A stretch of 64,000 nt of DNA, taken from positions 750 through 64,749 of the forward strand of contig JBJEDW010000083.1 of assembly GCA_051872415.1 (NCBI GenBank), in the 5' to 3' direction. The first letter of the stretch is position 1, and every line of letters begins with the position of its first letter. The DNA is from Bacilli bacterium. Its GTDB lineage: Bacteria; Bacillota_I; Bacilli_A; RF39; UBA660. The notes beneath the pieces are model-generated. The model searched no databases. It was not told where the DNA came from and saw only the letters and a program-made list of their open reading frames with translations. The translations under genes and the position numbers were made by a program. Shown here in pieces: positions 9,319 to 19,508 of this stretch.

Positions 9319-11232
9319 TTATTTTTTTAAACTTTTATAATAATTAGTTTCTAAAATCATACTTGATATATTAGTTTTATTAAAAGTTTCTATTCTTTTT
9401 TCTCTAATGTATCCATCTGGTATCTTAGTTTTAGTAGTACTAAATTCTTTTGTTTTTTCGTTATAAAATCCTTGATTTGTAAGAAAACTTCTGTCATTAA
9501 ATATTACTATTCCATCACTACTACTCATTATATCTTTACCGATTATAACTCTTGAATCGTATGTTATTCCAAACATATTTAAAATAGTTGGTAAAATATC
9601 AATATTAGAGCAGTATTTATCTATTTTTTCTCCTTTAGTATCACTATTATAAATAATTAAACCAGATTTATATTTGTCATAAGCAGTAGTTAAAGGTTTT
9701 AATTCATTTAATTCTTCATCTGATAACCCATAAGGATAATGGTCAGGTACTAGTACTATAACTGTATCATCAAGCTTTCCTTCTTTCTTTAAGTTTTTTA
9801 ACAAATTTTCTAATGCATTATCTAACTCAATAGTGGCACTTATATATGCTTTAACAGAAGAAGAGTAATTTAAATCTTTTACTTCATCTTTGTGTTTTTT
9901 AGCCATATCATTATCTTTAAAATTATATGATAAATGACTACTTATAGTCATGTAGTAAGTCATGAAGTTTTTACTATTTTTATAATCATCAAAAGTTTTA
10001 GTAAACATTTCATCATCACTTTGAGGCCAAAGATCACAATTAATTTTCTTTTCTAAGCCATTCCCACATCCGGTATATTTATTATATCCAAAATTAGGCA
10101 TTACCTTGTTACGATCATAAAAGTTATAAATTCCATTGTGATATGAATAAGTATCATAACCTTTATCTTTTAATACTTCAGCATATGTATAAGGAAATTC
10201 ATTATTTTTTGAAGCTATATAACTCCATGTTCCTTCTTTAGGTAATAATCCTGTTAAGTTAGTATATTCTCCATCAGAAGTTGAAGCATAATAAATTGGA
10301 GTATAGAAATTACTAAAAGTTATTCCTTCTTTCATCATTTTATAAAGAGTAGGAGTTAAGTCTTCATCTATGACATTAAAACTAAATGATTCTGCTGTTA
10401 TAAAGATTAAATTTTTTCCTTTAAAAATACCAGTATATTCATTTTTATTAGTAGGTTCTTCATTTTTGAAAAATTTATGGATTTTCTTAATATCTTTATT
10501 TTTTTCATTTTTTATAAGTTCATCAAAATCAATTTCTTCTGTATTATATTTTATCTTTTTATCGTCTTTAAAGACTTCTTTTGCATTTTCAGAGGTAATT
10601 ATATCTTCTTTGTAAGATGTTATATATCTATTAAAATCTATTATCATCGCAGTAATAAGTCCAAAACTTTCAGTATTTTTTGTTTCACTATTTGTTTTTT
10701 CTAAAAGATTTTTTCTAGAATAAATATTATTACTATCTGGAATATATATAAAACTTATCGTTATTATTAGATTTAATATTAAAAGTCCTGCCATAATAAG
10801 TGGTTTTTTGTTTTGATGTGAGCTATCATTTTTAAAAATAAGAATAATAGTCAAAATAAGTAAGAGTATTAGAATAATAATTCCAAAGATATTATCAATT
10901 ATTTCTTTAATTATAGCATTTAAAAACCCAAATACTTGTCCTCCATTTATTAGTGAGTAGATAGAAAAAAAACAATCGTAAAAATTATAATGAACAAACT
11001 GTGCTATATAAAATATTGTTGTTATAGAAAGTAGGGCAGAAGATATTACTTTATTTGTTTTTTCTTTAAAAGGACATGAAATTAAACTAATAATTAAACC
11101 AAATGTTATGCTTTCAAGTAAATAGAATAAAGTATTACTTAGTGAAAGTTTTTTAAATATTAAAACAGCAAAGACAATTGAAATTATAAAAAGGTATGTT
11201 ATTGTTATTATTAAATTTTTGTATTTCTTCAT
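9319..11232 (-). CDS. LtaS-family sulfatase-fold phosphoglycerol transferase
   Basis: About 5 N-terminal TM helices followed by an extracellular sulfatase domain (NLIFITAESFS...; PDHYPYG). Confidence 0.75.
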   Translation of the reverse strand: MKKYKNLIITITYLFIISIVFAVLIFKKLSLSNTLFYLLESITFGLIISLISCPFKEKTNKVISSALLSITTIFYIAQFVHYNFYDCFFSIYSLINGGQVFGFLNAIIKEIIDNIFGIIILILLLILTIILIFKNDSSHQNKKPLIMAGLLILNLIITISFIYIPDSNNIYSRKNLLEKTNSETKNTESFGLITAMIIDFNRYITSYKEDIITSENAKEVFKDDKKIKYNTEEIDFDELIKNEKNKDIKKIHKFFKNEEPTNKNEYTGIFKGKNLIFITAESFSFNVIDEDLTPTLYKMMKEGITFSNFYTPIYYASTSDGEYTNLTGLLPKEGTWSYIASKNNEFPYTYAEVLKDKGYDTYSYHNGIYNFYDRNKVMPNFGYNKYTGCGNGLEKKINCDLWPQSDDEMFTKTFDDYKNSKNFMTYYMTISSHLSYNFKDNDMAKKHKDEVKDLNYSSSVKAYISATIELDNALENLLKNLKKEGKLDDTVIVLVPDHYPYGLSDEELNELKPLTTAYDKYKSGLIIYNSDTKGEKIDKYCSNIDILPTILNMFGITYDSRVIIGKDIMSSSDGIVIFNDRSFLTNQGFYNEKTKEFSTTKTKIPDGYIREKRIETFNKTNISSMILETNYYKSLKK

Positions 11233-11234
11233 GT

Positions 11235-12449
11235 TTACTCCTTAATTTTATCTAATTTTTCTTTTATATTTTTTAAAGTTATTTCATACTTTGATGATTC
11301 TTTCGGAATATAATATTTTTCATCTTTTATATTATCAGGTAAGTATTGTTGTTTTACAACAGAGCCTTTATAATTATGTGGGTATTTATATCCAATATAA
11401 GGACTTTTTAAGTGACTCGGAATATCTCCAATATTTTTTGTTTCTAAGTCATTAATAGCTTTATTTATAGCAAGATAGGCAGTATTACTTTTAGGGGACA
11501 AAGCCATTTCTATCACGATATTAGAAAGAATTATTCTGGCTTCGGGAAGTCCAACTCTTTCTGAAGCATTGATAGCAGAATCAAGTTTAGGTCCAATGCT
11601 AGGGTTAGCTAACCCAATATCCTCATAACAGATAACAGAAAGTCTCCTGTAAATACTATCTAAATCTTCTGCAAGTAAAAGTCTTGCTAAATAGTGAAGA
11701 GCAGCATCTACATCAGATCCTCTGATAGATTTTTGAAGTCCACTTAAAACATCATAATGCCCTGATTCATTTTTATCATGAAAGAAGTTTGGTTTATTAC
11801 AAATATTTTTTATAACTTCAATATTTACAATATGATCCTTATTAAAATAATATGATACTTCAAGAAGATTAAGAGCAAATCTTAAATCTCCTCCAGAAAT
11901 TGAACTTATGTATTCTATTGTTTTATTATCTATTTTTATATCTTTTAATTCTTTAGTTTTTAGAGCTTTTTCAAGTCCTTTTTTTATATCTTTATCATTC
12001 AAAGGTTCTAATTTAAAGATTTGACATCTACTTCTAATTGCAGGATTTATTTTATGATAAGGATTAGAGGTAGTCATACCTATCAAAGTAATAAGACCAC
12101 TTTCCAAGCAAGGTAATAAAAGATCTTGTTTATCTTTATTCATTCTGTGAATTTCATCCATTATTAAAACTAATCCATCTAACATTTTAGCTTCTTCTAT
12201 TACTATAGATAAATCTTGTTTGTTATTTAAAGTTGCATTTAAAAAACGATAATCACAATTTAAATCATTTACAATAGCACTTGCAATAGAAGTTTTTCCA
12301 GTGCCAGGATTACCATATATTATCATAGAAAATAATTTTTTATTTTTAACCATATTAGTAAGTATTTTTCCTTCTCCAATTAAATGAGTCTGTCCAACAA
12401 CATCATTTAATGATTTAGGTTTAAGTACGAGTGCCAAAGGTTTTTCCAT
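11235..12449 (-). CDS. rarA: Replication-associated recombination protein A (AAA+ ATPase)
   Basis: Walker A GNPGTGKTS, Walker B LIMDEIHR, and the MgsA C-terminal domain (HYDVLSGLQKSIRGSDVDAALHYLARLL). Confidence 0.9.
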   Translation of the reverse strand: MEKPLALVLKPKSLNDVVGQTHLIGEGKILTNMVKNKKLFSMIIYGNPGTGKTSIASAIVNDLNCDYRFLNATLNNKQDLSIVIEEAKMLDGLVLIMDEIHRMNKDKQDLLLPCLESGLITLIGMTTSNPYHKINPAIRSRCQIFKLEPLNDKDIKKGLEKALKTKELKDIKIDNKTIEYISSISGGDLRFALNLLEVSYYFNKDHIVNIEVIKNICNKPNFFHDKNESGHYDVLSGLQKSIRGSDVDAALHYLARLLLAEDLDSIYRRLSVICYEDIGLANPSIGPKLDSAINASERVGLPEARIILSNIVIEMALSPKSNTAYLAINKAINDLETKNIGDIPSHLKSPYIGYKYPHNYKGSVVKQQYLPDNIKDEKYYIPKESSKYEITLKNIKEKLDKIKE

Positions 12450-12551
12450 GTTAATCTCTCCTTAATTCTATTTTATCAAAAAATGAAGTATTTTTAAAGA
12501 AATTGTTTATATTTCAAAAGATTTTTGCTATAATTAAGATGAGGTAGAATT

Positions 12552-13433
12552 ATGGAACTAGAAGATTATATTGATTATATAAAATATGAAAGAAAATTAT
12601 CTTTTGAAACTGTAAAAAATTATAAATATGATCTTAATAAATTTATTCTATTTTTAAAAGAAAATGGAATAAAAAGTTTTAATGAAGTTTCACAAAAAGA
12701 TATCGAAAAGTATTTAGCTTTTATTAGTTCTATGAACTCTAGAACAATTTCTAGAAATATTACTTCAATTAATAATTTATTTATTTTTCTTTTAAGAGAG
12801 AAAAAAATAAAGAGTAATCCATGTGAATTTATCGATAGACCTAAATTAAAGAAAAGTCTGCCAGATACATTAAGTATTGAAGAAGTAACTTCTCTTCTTG
12901 ATATTCCTTTAAATAATAAGTTTGATTATAGAAATAAAGCAATGCTTGAACTTCTTTATGGTTGTGGTCTTAGAATTAGTGAACTTATTTCTTTAACACT
13001 TAGAGATGTTGATATGGAAAATGATATAATTAGATGTATTGGAAAAGGTTCTAAAGAAAGAATAGTACCAATAAATGATTATGCTACTCATTATTTAAAA
13101 CTTTATTTAGAAAAAAGAGATTTATTTTTAATTAATGGAAAAAATGATTATTTGTTTTTAAATAATCATGGGAAACAGATTACAAGACAAGGTTTTTTTA
13201 AAAATCTTAAAAAAATTCTTATGGAAAAAGGGATTGATAAAGATGTTACTCCTCATACACTTAGGCATTCTTTTGCAACGCATATGTTAAGTGGTGGGGC
13301 TGATCTTAGGAGTATTCAAATGCTTTTAGGACATAGTGATATTAGCACTACTAAAATATATACCCATATTAGTAATGAAAAAGTAAAACAAGATTACAAG
13401 GATTTTCATCCGCGTAGTAAAAAGGAGATGTGA
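12552..13433 (+). CDS. xerD: Tyrosine recombinase XerD
   Basis: Phage-integrase catalytic motifs (GLRISEL; HTLRHSFATHML; LLGHSDISTTKIYTH). Conserved xerD-deoB adjacency. Confidence 0.85.
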   Translation: MELEDYIDYIKYERKLSFETVKNYKYDLNKFILFLKENGIKSFNEVSQKDIEKYLAFISSMNSRTISRNITSINNLFIFLLREKKIKSNPCEFIDRPKLKKSLPDTLSIEEVTSLLDIPLNNKFDYRNKAMLELLYGCGLRISELISLTLRDVDMENDIIRCIGKGSKERIVPINDYATHYLKLYLEKRDLFLINGKNDYLFLNNHGKQITRQGFFKNLKKILMEKGIDKDVTPHTLRHSFATHMLSGGADLRSIQMLLGHSDISTTKIYTHISNEKVKQDYKDFHPRSKKEM

Positions 13434-14608
13434 TTAAAATGAAATTTAAAAGAGTTTTTTTAGTAGTACTTGATTCTTTAGGAGTGGGGGAAGCAATAGA
13501 TGCTTCTAACTATAATGATGAAGGTGCCAATACTCTTAAACATATTAATGAAACAAATGAATTATTTATTCCAAATTTAAAAAAATTAGGTTTTTTAAAT
13601 ACTGTTAATATGAGTGCTAATGATGAAGCTGAAGGCTATTATACTATAGCAAGACCTACTAACAAGGGTAAAGATACTTTATCTGGACATTATGAAATAG
13701 CAGGAGTTAGGTGTAGTTATGCTTTTCCAACTTTTCCAGATGGTTTTCCTTCTTCTTTAATTGAAGAAATAGAAAGACTTACTGGTAGAAAAGTTATTGG
13801 AAATGTGAGTGCAAGTGGTACAGAAATAATTAAAGAACTTGGAGAACGTCATATAAAAACTGGTGAATTAATTGTTTATACTTCAGCAGATTCTGTGCTA
13901 CAAATAGCAGCAAATGAAAGTGTTATTCCTCTTCAAGAATTATATAAAATTTGTGAAATAGTTCGAAAGCTAACTGATTCTAGAGATGAATGGAGAGTAG
14001 GTAGAGTAATTGCAAGACCTTTTAAAGGTAAGACACGCGATGATTTTGTTAGAACTACTAACAGAAGGGATTTTGCTTTAGATCCTCCTTCTAAATCTAT
14101 TTTAGAAAAATTAATTGAAAATAAACTAAGTGTTATTTCAATCGGCAAGATATATGATATATTTAATGGTAAAGGAATTACTAAAAAGATTAGTTCTGGT
14201 AATAATAAAGAAGGAGTAGATAAATTATTAGATATAATGGATAAAAGATTTACAGGACTTTGTTTTACTAATTTAAATGATTTTGATACATTATATGGTC
14301 ATAGAAGAAATCCAGAAGGTTATGCTAGAGCTATTGAAGAATTTGATGTAGAAATTCCAATGATTTTAAATAAGCTTAATAATGATGATTTATTAATAAT
14401 TACTGCTGATCATGGTAATGATCCAACTTTTAAAGGTACTGATCATACAAGAGAAAATACTCCAGTACTTATATATAGTCGTATTTTTAAAGAACCTAAA
14501 ATGTTACCTATTATGAATACTTTTGCAGATATAGGCGCTACTATCGCAGATAATTTTAACATAGATAAGCCAATGATTGGTACTAGTTACTTAGAAAAAT
14601 TAAAATAA
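13430..14608 (+). CDS. deoB: Phosphopentomutase
   Basis: VVLDSLGVGE metal-binding N-terminus and ITADHGNDPT...DHTRE motifs. An ATG at 13439 is an alternative start. Confidence 0.9.
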   Translation: MIKMKFKRVFLVVLDSLGVGEAIDASNYNDEGANTLKHINETNELFIPNLKKLGFLNTVNMSANDEAEGYYTIARPTNKGKDTLSGHYEIAGVRCSYAFPTFPDGFPSSLIEEIERLTGRKVIGNVSASGTEIIKELGERHIKTGELIVYTSADSVLQIAANESVIPLQELYKICEIVRKLTDSRDEWRVGRVIARPFKGKTRDDFVRTTNRRDFALDPPSKSILEKLIENKLSVISIGKIYDIFNGKGITKKISSGNNKEGVDKLLDIMDKRFTGLCFTNLNDFDTLYGHRRNPEGYARAIEEFDVEIPMILNKLNNDDLLIITADHGNDPTFKGTDHTRENTPVLIYSRIFKEPKMLPIMNTFADIGATIADNFNIDKPMIGTSYLEKLK

Positions 14609-14626
14609 AAAGAAAGAAGGAGTTAT

Positions 14627-15184
14627 ATGAATAAAAATAAGAATAAAAAACAAAAAAATAAAGATGAGAAAACTATTAAATTTGTAGTTGTAGCAGGAAT
14701 AATTTTAATTGTTATTGCCATTTTTGCTTTTGCTTTTAAAAACAATAATAGCCACATATTAAAAAGCGAATACTCTATTAATGAAGTAGGGTATATAGAT
14801 GATATTGAAGTTTCTTTGATTAATGCTGTTTATATTAATAACGATACAGGTATTGAGGTAACATTTAAAATAACAAATAAAAGAGATAATACTATTACTA
14901 TAACTCCAGATGATTATTTTGTTTTTTATGATATAAATAAAGTGCAAATTCCTAACAAATATACTAATGATAAGAATATAATCAAGAAAAATGAAACTAT
15001 TAATTATAAATTACAATATGATGTTACAAAAAAAGAACTTTATGAAATTTATTTTTATTCACAAGTCGTAGAAAATAATATCAAATTTACTTTTAAATCA
15101 AGTGATATAAATAGTGATATTATAACTGAAGAAAATTTAAAGAACGAAGAAGAACAAATAATTGAAGTAGAGTTAATAAAATAA
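14627..15184 (+). CDS. Membrane-anchored hypothetical protein (possibly a DUF4352-like beta-sandwich)
   Basis: Lys-rich N-terminus plus a single TM (FVVVAGIILIVIAIFAFAF), then a ~140-aa extracytoplasmic domain. No catalytic motifs recognised. Confidence 0.4.
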   Translation: MNKNKNKKQKNKDEKTIKFVVVAGIILIVIAIFAFAFKNNNSHILKSEYSINEVGYIDDIEVSLINAVYINNDTGIEVTFKITNKRDNTITITPDDYFVFYDINKVQIPNKYTNDKNIIKKNETINYKLQYDVTKKELYEIYFYSQVVENNIKFTFKSSDINSDIITEENLKNEEEQIIEVELIK

Positions 15185-15817
15185 GTAATTTATTTATCAT
15201 AAATTCAGGACTCTATTTAGAAGTTAACATAATATCAATTATGAGAAGTTGTGTAAATTAAATTAAAAAATGTATAATTATAAATCTTTTAAAATAAAGA
15301 TAATATATTTATATTACTAATGTTTAAATGATTTTGTACTATTTTATACATTTTTTTTATTTTGTAATTTTATATACTTATATAATATTTTATTTAATTA
15401 AAAGTTAAATTCTATTATAATCTATAATCTAGGTTTTTATTTTATTAATATATAATCATATTGTTTAAAGATAACTATAAAAATAATCCATTATAAATAA
15501 ATATATAGTTATCAATTAATTTTTGATAAATAGATTATATATAAATGAATTATTAAAAAACATTAATCCCCTACTAATTATAAAATTATTAAAATAAAAT
15601 AGGGGAAGTGTTTAATTTTTTTTGTAATATTTTTTAAAGTCTATTATTATACATAATATATATAATAAAAAATATCTGTTATAAATAAATTCATTATTAA
15701 TGGATAAACAGGAATTAAAAAGAAAAAACACATTATCAAAATGCATTTTTCTAAAATTTAAAAATAATATTTTTTAATGTTTAATTTTTAGAAATTATAT
15801 AACTCCCCTACTTTTTA

Positions 15818-16585
15818 TTATATTTTTCTAGACATAATTTCTGCTATTTTTTCAAATACTTCTTTAGCGTTACCTTCATTAACACAATTATATCCTAATT
15901 CTTTTAATGCTTGTTGTTTGAAATGTGTTAATTCTTGTGTACGACTTAATTTATCTTCTTTTTTTTGTTCTATTCTCTTTTCCCATTTTTTATGAGATTC
16001 AGCTACTTTGTTACGAGAAGCATTTCCATTAGAAAATAATGTTTCAGCAGAATAAAATATTCCTTCAAAAATGTATTGCTTATCTTCATCATATATATAT
16101 TCAAATACAGGAATTTGAGCTGTAGATTTAGCCATATATGCTAAAATATATTTTAATTCATCCATTTGTTCCATATTTTGAATGTACATTTGTAAATATC
16201 TTAAAGTATTATATTCAATTTCATCATGATCATTTAATAATCTGTCTTTTAAAAGTGTAAAAATATCAGTTAAAATAGTTTGTTCTTTCTTATTTAAACC
16301 TTTTAAATCAGAAATAGATTCTTTATTAAATGTGTCAAGTATTCCTTCGTTAATACGAGCTTCTAATAAAGAAATATAATTATCATCTACCTTTATTTTA
16401 GAAAGTTCTTCCTCTTTTTCTACTCCGAATAACATAAATAATTTAGTTTGTTTATCTTTTGGTAAATCATCCATTTTTTCAAGGGCAAGATAATTATATA
16501 ACATTTGACGTGATACCCCTAAAAATTTAGCTATACTTACTTTAGAAATGTTAGCTTCGTTTATAATTCTACTAGCTTCCTTCAT
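15818..16585 (-). CDS. Helix-turn-helix DNA-binding protein, otherwise unknown
   Basis: N-terminal HTH (ISKVSIAKFLGVSRQMLYNYL). The remaining ~200 aa are helical and unrecognised. Monocistronic, flanked by long AT-rich spacers. Confidence 0.5.
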   Translation of the reverse strand: MKEASRIINEANISKVSIAKFLGVSRQMLYNYLALEKMDDLPKDKQTKLFMLFGVEKEEELSKIKVDDNYISLLEARINEGILDTFNKESISDLKGLNKKEQTILTDIFTLLKDRLLNDHDEIEYNTLRYLQMYIQNMEQMDELKYILAYMAKSTAQIPVFEYIYDEDKQYIFEGIFYSAETLFSNGNASRNKVAESHKKWEKRIEQKKEDKLSRTQELTHFKQQALKELGYNCVNEGNAKEVFEKIAEIMSRKI

Positions 16586-16692
16586 TGTAAACCACCTCTA
16601 TAATAATTGTATCACAAGTGTCAATAATGTCAAGTGTAAATTTATGTAAAGCAACAATGATTTGTTCCTATTTTCCAGATTTTGAATTTTAT

Positions 16693-17811
16693 TTATAATA
16701 AATACCATAGTTTTTTTTCATTTTTTCTAACTTCTTTAATTATTCCGCTTCCGATACATCTATCATCGATATACAAAGCACATAATTGACCTGGAGTTAC
16801 ACTCTTTACTTTGTCATATTTAACTAAAATTTCATTGTTATTTAAGTATTCTAACTCTACAGGGACATCTTTACTTCTGTATCTAAATTTAGCATTACAA
16901 CTAGTTATTTTATCCTCTATATTTAAGACTAGTGTATCGATAATACAACTATCAGAGTATAAATATTCATTATTTTCTCCTTCTGCTACATAAAGAATAT
17001 TTTCTTCTAGATTTTTACCTACTACAAAAAGTTTTTCTTTTGTTCCTCCGATATTTAAACCTTTTCTTTGCCCTATTGTATAGTGCATTAATCCTATATG
17101 ACTTCCTATTTCTTCTTTTGTATCAATATTTATTATTTTACCTGGCTTATTTGGTAAATAATTTGAAAGAAAGTTTCTGAAATTTCTTTCTCCAATAAAA
17201 CATATTCCTGTTGAATCTTTTTTATCTTTTGTTACCAGATCATATTCTTTAGCAATTTCTCTTACTTTATCTTTTGTTAACTCTCCTACTGGAAAAAGGA
17301 CATTTTCAAGTTGTTTATTAGTTAATTGCGATAAGAAATATGTTTGATCTTTATTTTGATCAATTCCTTTGTATAAATTACCATTTATCATTCTAGCATA
17401 GTGTCCTGTTGCTATGTAATCAGCATTATATTTTTTAGCTTCTTTAATGAATAAATCAAATTTTATATATTTATTGCACATTACATCTGGATTAGGGGTC
17501 CTTCCCTTTTTAAGTTCTTCTAAAAAGTAAGTAAAAACATAATCCCAATATTCTTTAACAAAATCTACTCTGTGTAGTTTTATTCCTAACTTATCACATA
17601 CTGCTTTAGCATCGTTATAATCTTGTTCTTGAGTACATATATCATTTTCTAAAGTAGGATTTCCTTTAATATCATTATTAATCAAACTATCCCAGTTTCT
17701 CATAAATAATCCTTCTACTTCATAACCTTCATTTTTTAAAAGAATTAAAGATACAGAAGAATCTACTCCACCAGAAACTCCGACTATTACTTTTTTCTTC
17801 ATTTCTATCAC
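16693..17811 (-). CDS. mnmA: tRNA 2-thiouridine(34) synthase
   Basis: PP-loop VGVSGGVDSSV, catalytic Cys motifs (PNPDVMCN; STGICF), and full-length collinearity with the MnmA pattern. Confidence 0.9.
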   Translation of the reverse strand: MIEMKKKVIVGVSGGVDSSVSLILLKNEGYEVEGLFMRNWDSLINNDIKGNPTLENDICTQEQDYNDAKAVCDKLGIKLHRVDFVKEYWDYVFTYFLEELKKGRTPNPDVMCNKYIKFDLFIKEAKKYNADYIATGHYARMINGNLYKGIDQNKDQTYFLSQLTNKQLENVLFPVGELTKDKVREIAKEYDLVTKDKKDSTGICFIGERNFRNFLSNYLPNKPGKIINIDTKEEIGSHIGLMHYTIGQRKGLNIGGTKEKLFVVGKNLEENILYVAEGENNEYLYSDSCIIDTLVLNIEDKITSCNAKFRYRSKDVPVELEYLNNNEILVKYDKVKSVTPGQLCALYIDDRCIGSGIIKEVRKNEKKLWYLL

Positions 17812-17966
17812 CGGGCTTATTGTATCAAATTTCTAATGAAAAGTCATTAGTTTAGTAAAAAATCTTGTAAATAAAAACATTAACGTCAAAATATTAAATT
17901 ATTACAAACATAACCAAATTCTATAAGATTTTACTAAATAAGTTTATGTTTTAAAAAATATATCTT

Positions 17967-18605
17967 TTATAAAGAAGTAAATAGTTTTATTAAAAGCGGA
18001 TCTACAAAAACTGTTAACATACTTATAGCAATCATTGCAATAAAAGAAAATAATAAAACTTTAAAGTATTTAGATATCTCTAATTTTATATTTATTTCTT
18101 CTTTAGTGAAACAAAGTTTTATTAGTTTATAAGATATTTTTATAGAAAAAAATGTCAAAAGAAATAATACTATTATATAACATATTTTGGTAGGAATTAA
18201 GTAACAAACAGCCCCCAGTATTCCTTTAAAATTATAAGTATTCATAATACTAGCGATTGTAAAGCCAATGCTAAAAAGTTCGCAAAAGTAGATAAAAATA
18301 CTTGCTATTACTCCGATTACACTTATACCTAATACCCATATTAAAAATGTATCATATGTATTATCTAAGATATTATCTTTTAATAAGTTTATATAATTAT
18401 AATTATCTTTTATACTGAAATAACTACTTATTGAGCTATTTACTGTTTCTTTATCTTGACTTGATAGTAAAAAATAAAAAATTATTCCTATAATAATTGT
18501 AATTATTGAAAAAGAAATGAGAAAGATAAACAAATTCTTTGCGGTCAGTTTTACTTTTTTAATTTTAATTTTTTTAAGACTTTTATTTTTTAGATTCATT
18601 CTCAT
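17967..18605 (-). CDS. spoIIM: Stage II sporulation protein M-like membrane protein
   Basis: ~210 aa and 5 TM. The LIWVLGISVIGV segment matches the SpoIIM core as I recall it (MWVLGISVIGMP in B. subtilis). Confidence 0.6.
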   Translation of the reverse strand: MRMNLKNKSLKKIKIKKVKLTAKNLFIFLISFSIITIIIGIIFYFLLSSQDKETVNSSISSYFSIKDNYNYINLLKDNILDNTYDTFLIWVLGISVIGVIASIFIYFCELFSIGFTIASIMNTYNFKGILGAVCYLIPTKICYIIVLFLLTFFSIKISYKLIKLCFTKEEINIKLEISKYFKVLLFSFIAMIAISMLTVFVDPLLIKLFTSL

Positions 18606-18823
18606 ATTAATTACACGTTCCTTTCACTTTGTTAAAAATAGACAGTTATGAAATATATAATTATTCTCAGACTATCACCAGTAAATAATATGGTTTTGTT
18701 TTATTAATTATTATAGTTTTAAAAAGACAAATTTTGCTGTTAAGTTATAGAATATTTTTCTAAGTAATTGACTAGATACTTTTATATTTGATATAATTAA
18801 CTTTAGCTGGAGGTGCATTAAAA

Positions 18824-18919
18824 TTGAATAAAAAATTTCAAAAGGTTGTTATTTTTGTTATGCTTTTTGGACTTCTTGGTTCATCAGTAGCAGTTTGTTT
18901 GTTGTATTTACTTGGGTAA
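18824..18919 (+). CDS. 31-aa single-TM small protein (DUF4044-like)
   Basis: Not in the ORF track. GGAGG lies 9 nt upstream of TTG. Translation: MNKKFQKVVIFVMLFGLLGSSVAVCLLYLLG. Confidence 0.35.
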   Translation: MNKKFQKVVIFVMLFGLLGSSVAVCLLYLLG

Positions 18920-18943
18920 AATAATTAATTTTTTTGTTTAATT

Positions 18944-19492
18944 ATGTTCATACTAATATTGGTGATATGTATGAACATTTTATTTTTATGTATTAAGATT
19001 TTTTTTACTAGAATAGTAGATGTCACTTTAGGTACTTTAAGAACTATTATTACTGTTAAAGATAAGATTTTTTTAGCAAGTGTAATTGGCTTTTTTGAAG
19101 TTTTAGTATGGTTTTTAATCGCTAAAGAAGCTCTTGATACGGCCTCGAGTAGTGTTTTGATTGGTGTGTTTTATGCTCTTGGATTTGCATGTGGTACTTA
19201 TATTGGAGGAAAACTTTCCAGAAGATTTATCAAAGGTAATTTAACTGTTCAAGTAATTACTTCAAAAGCCTCTGATAAGTGGCTTAGTTCTTTAAGAGAA
19301 TCTGGGTTTGCTGTTTCAGTAATGGATATTAGACAAAAAGATGATGATCCTGATAAATATATGTTTTTTATGGAGATAAATAAAAATGATTTTGATAAAT
19401 TACATAAACTTATAAAAAAATTTGATAAAGATGCTTTTATTGTTGTTAATGAGAGTAAAGTTGTTATAAATGGTTATTTTTCTCAAAAATAA
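18944..19492 (+). CDS. UPF0316-family membrane protein (DUF2179 C-terminal domain)
   Basis: Three TM segments plus a C-terminal alpha/beta domain. RIVDVTLGTLRTI and ESGFAVSVMD match the YebE-like pattern. Confidence 0.7.
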   Translation: MFILILVICMNILFLCIKIFFTRIVDVTLGTLRTIITVKDKIFLASVIGFFEVLVWFLIAKEALDTASSSVLIGVFYALGFACGTYIGGKLSRRFIKGNLTVQVITSKASDKWLSSLRESGFAVSVMDIRQKDDDPDKYMFFMEINKNDFDKLHKLIKKFDKDAFIVVNESKVVINGYFSQK

Positions 19493-19508
19493 AATACTAA
19501 GATAATAT

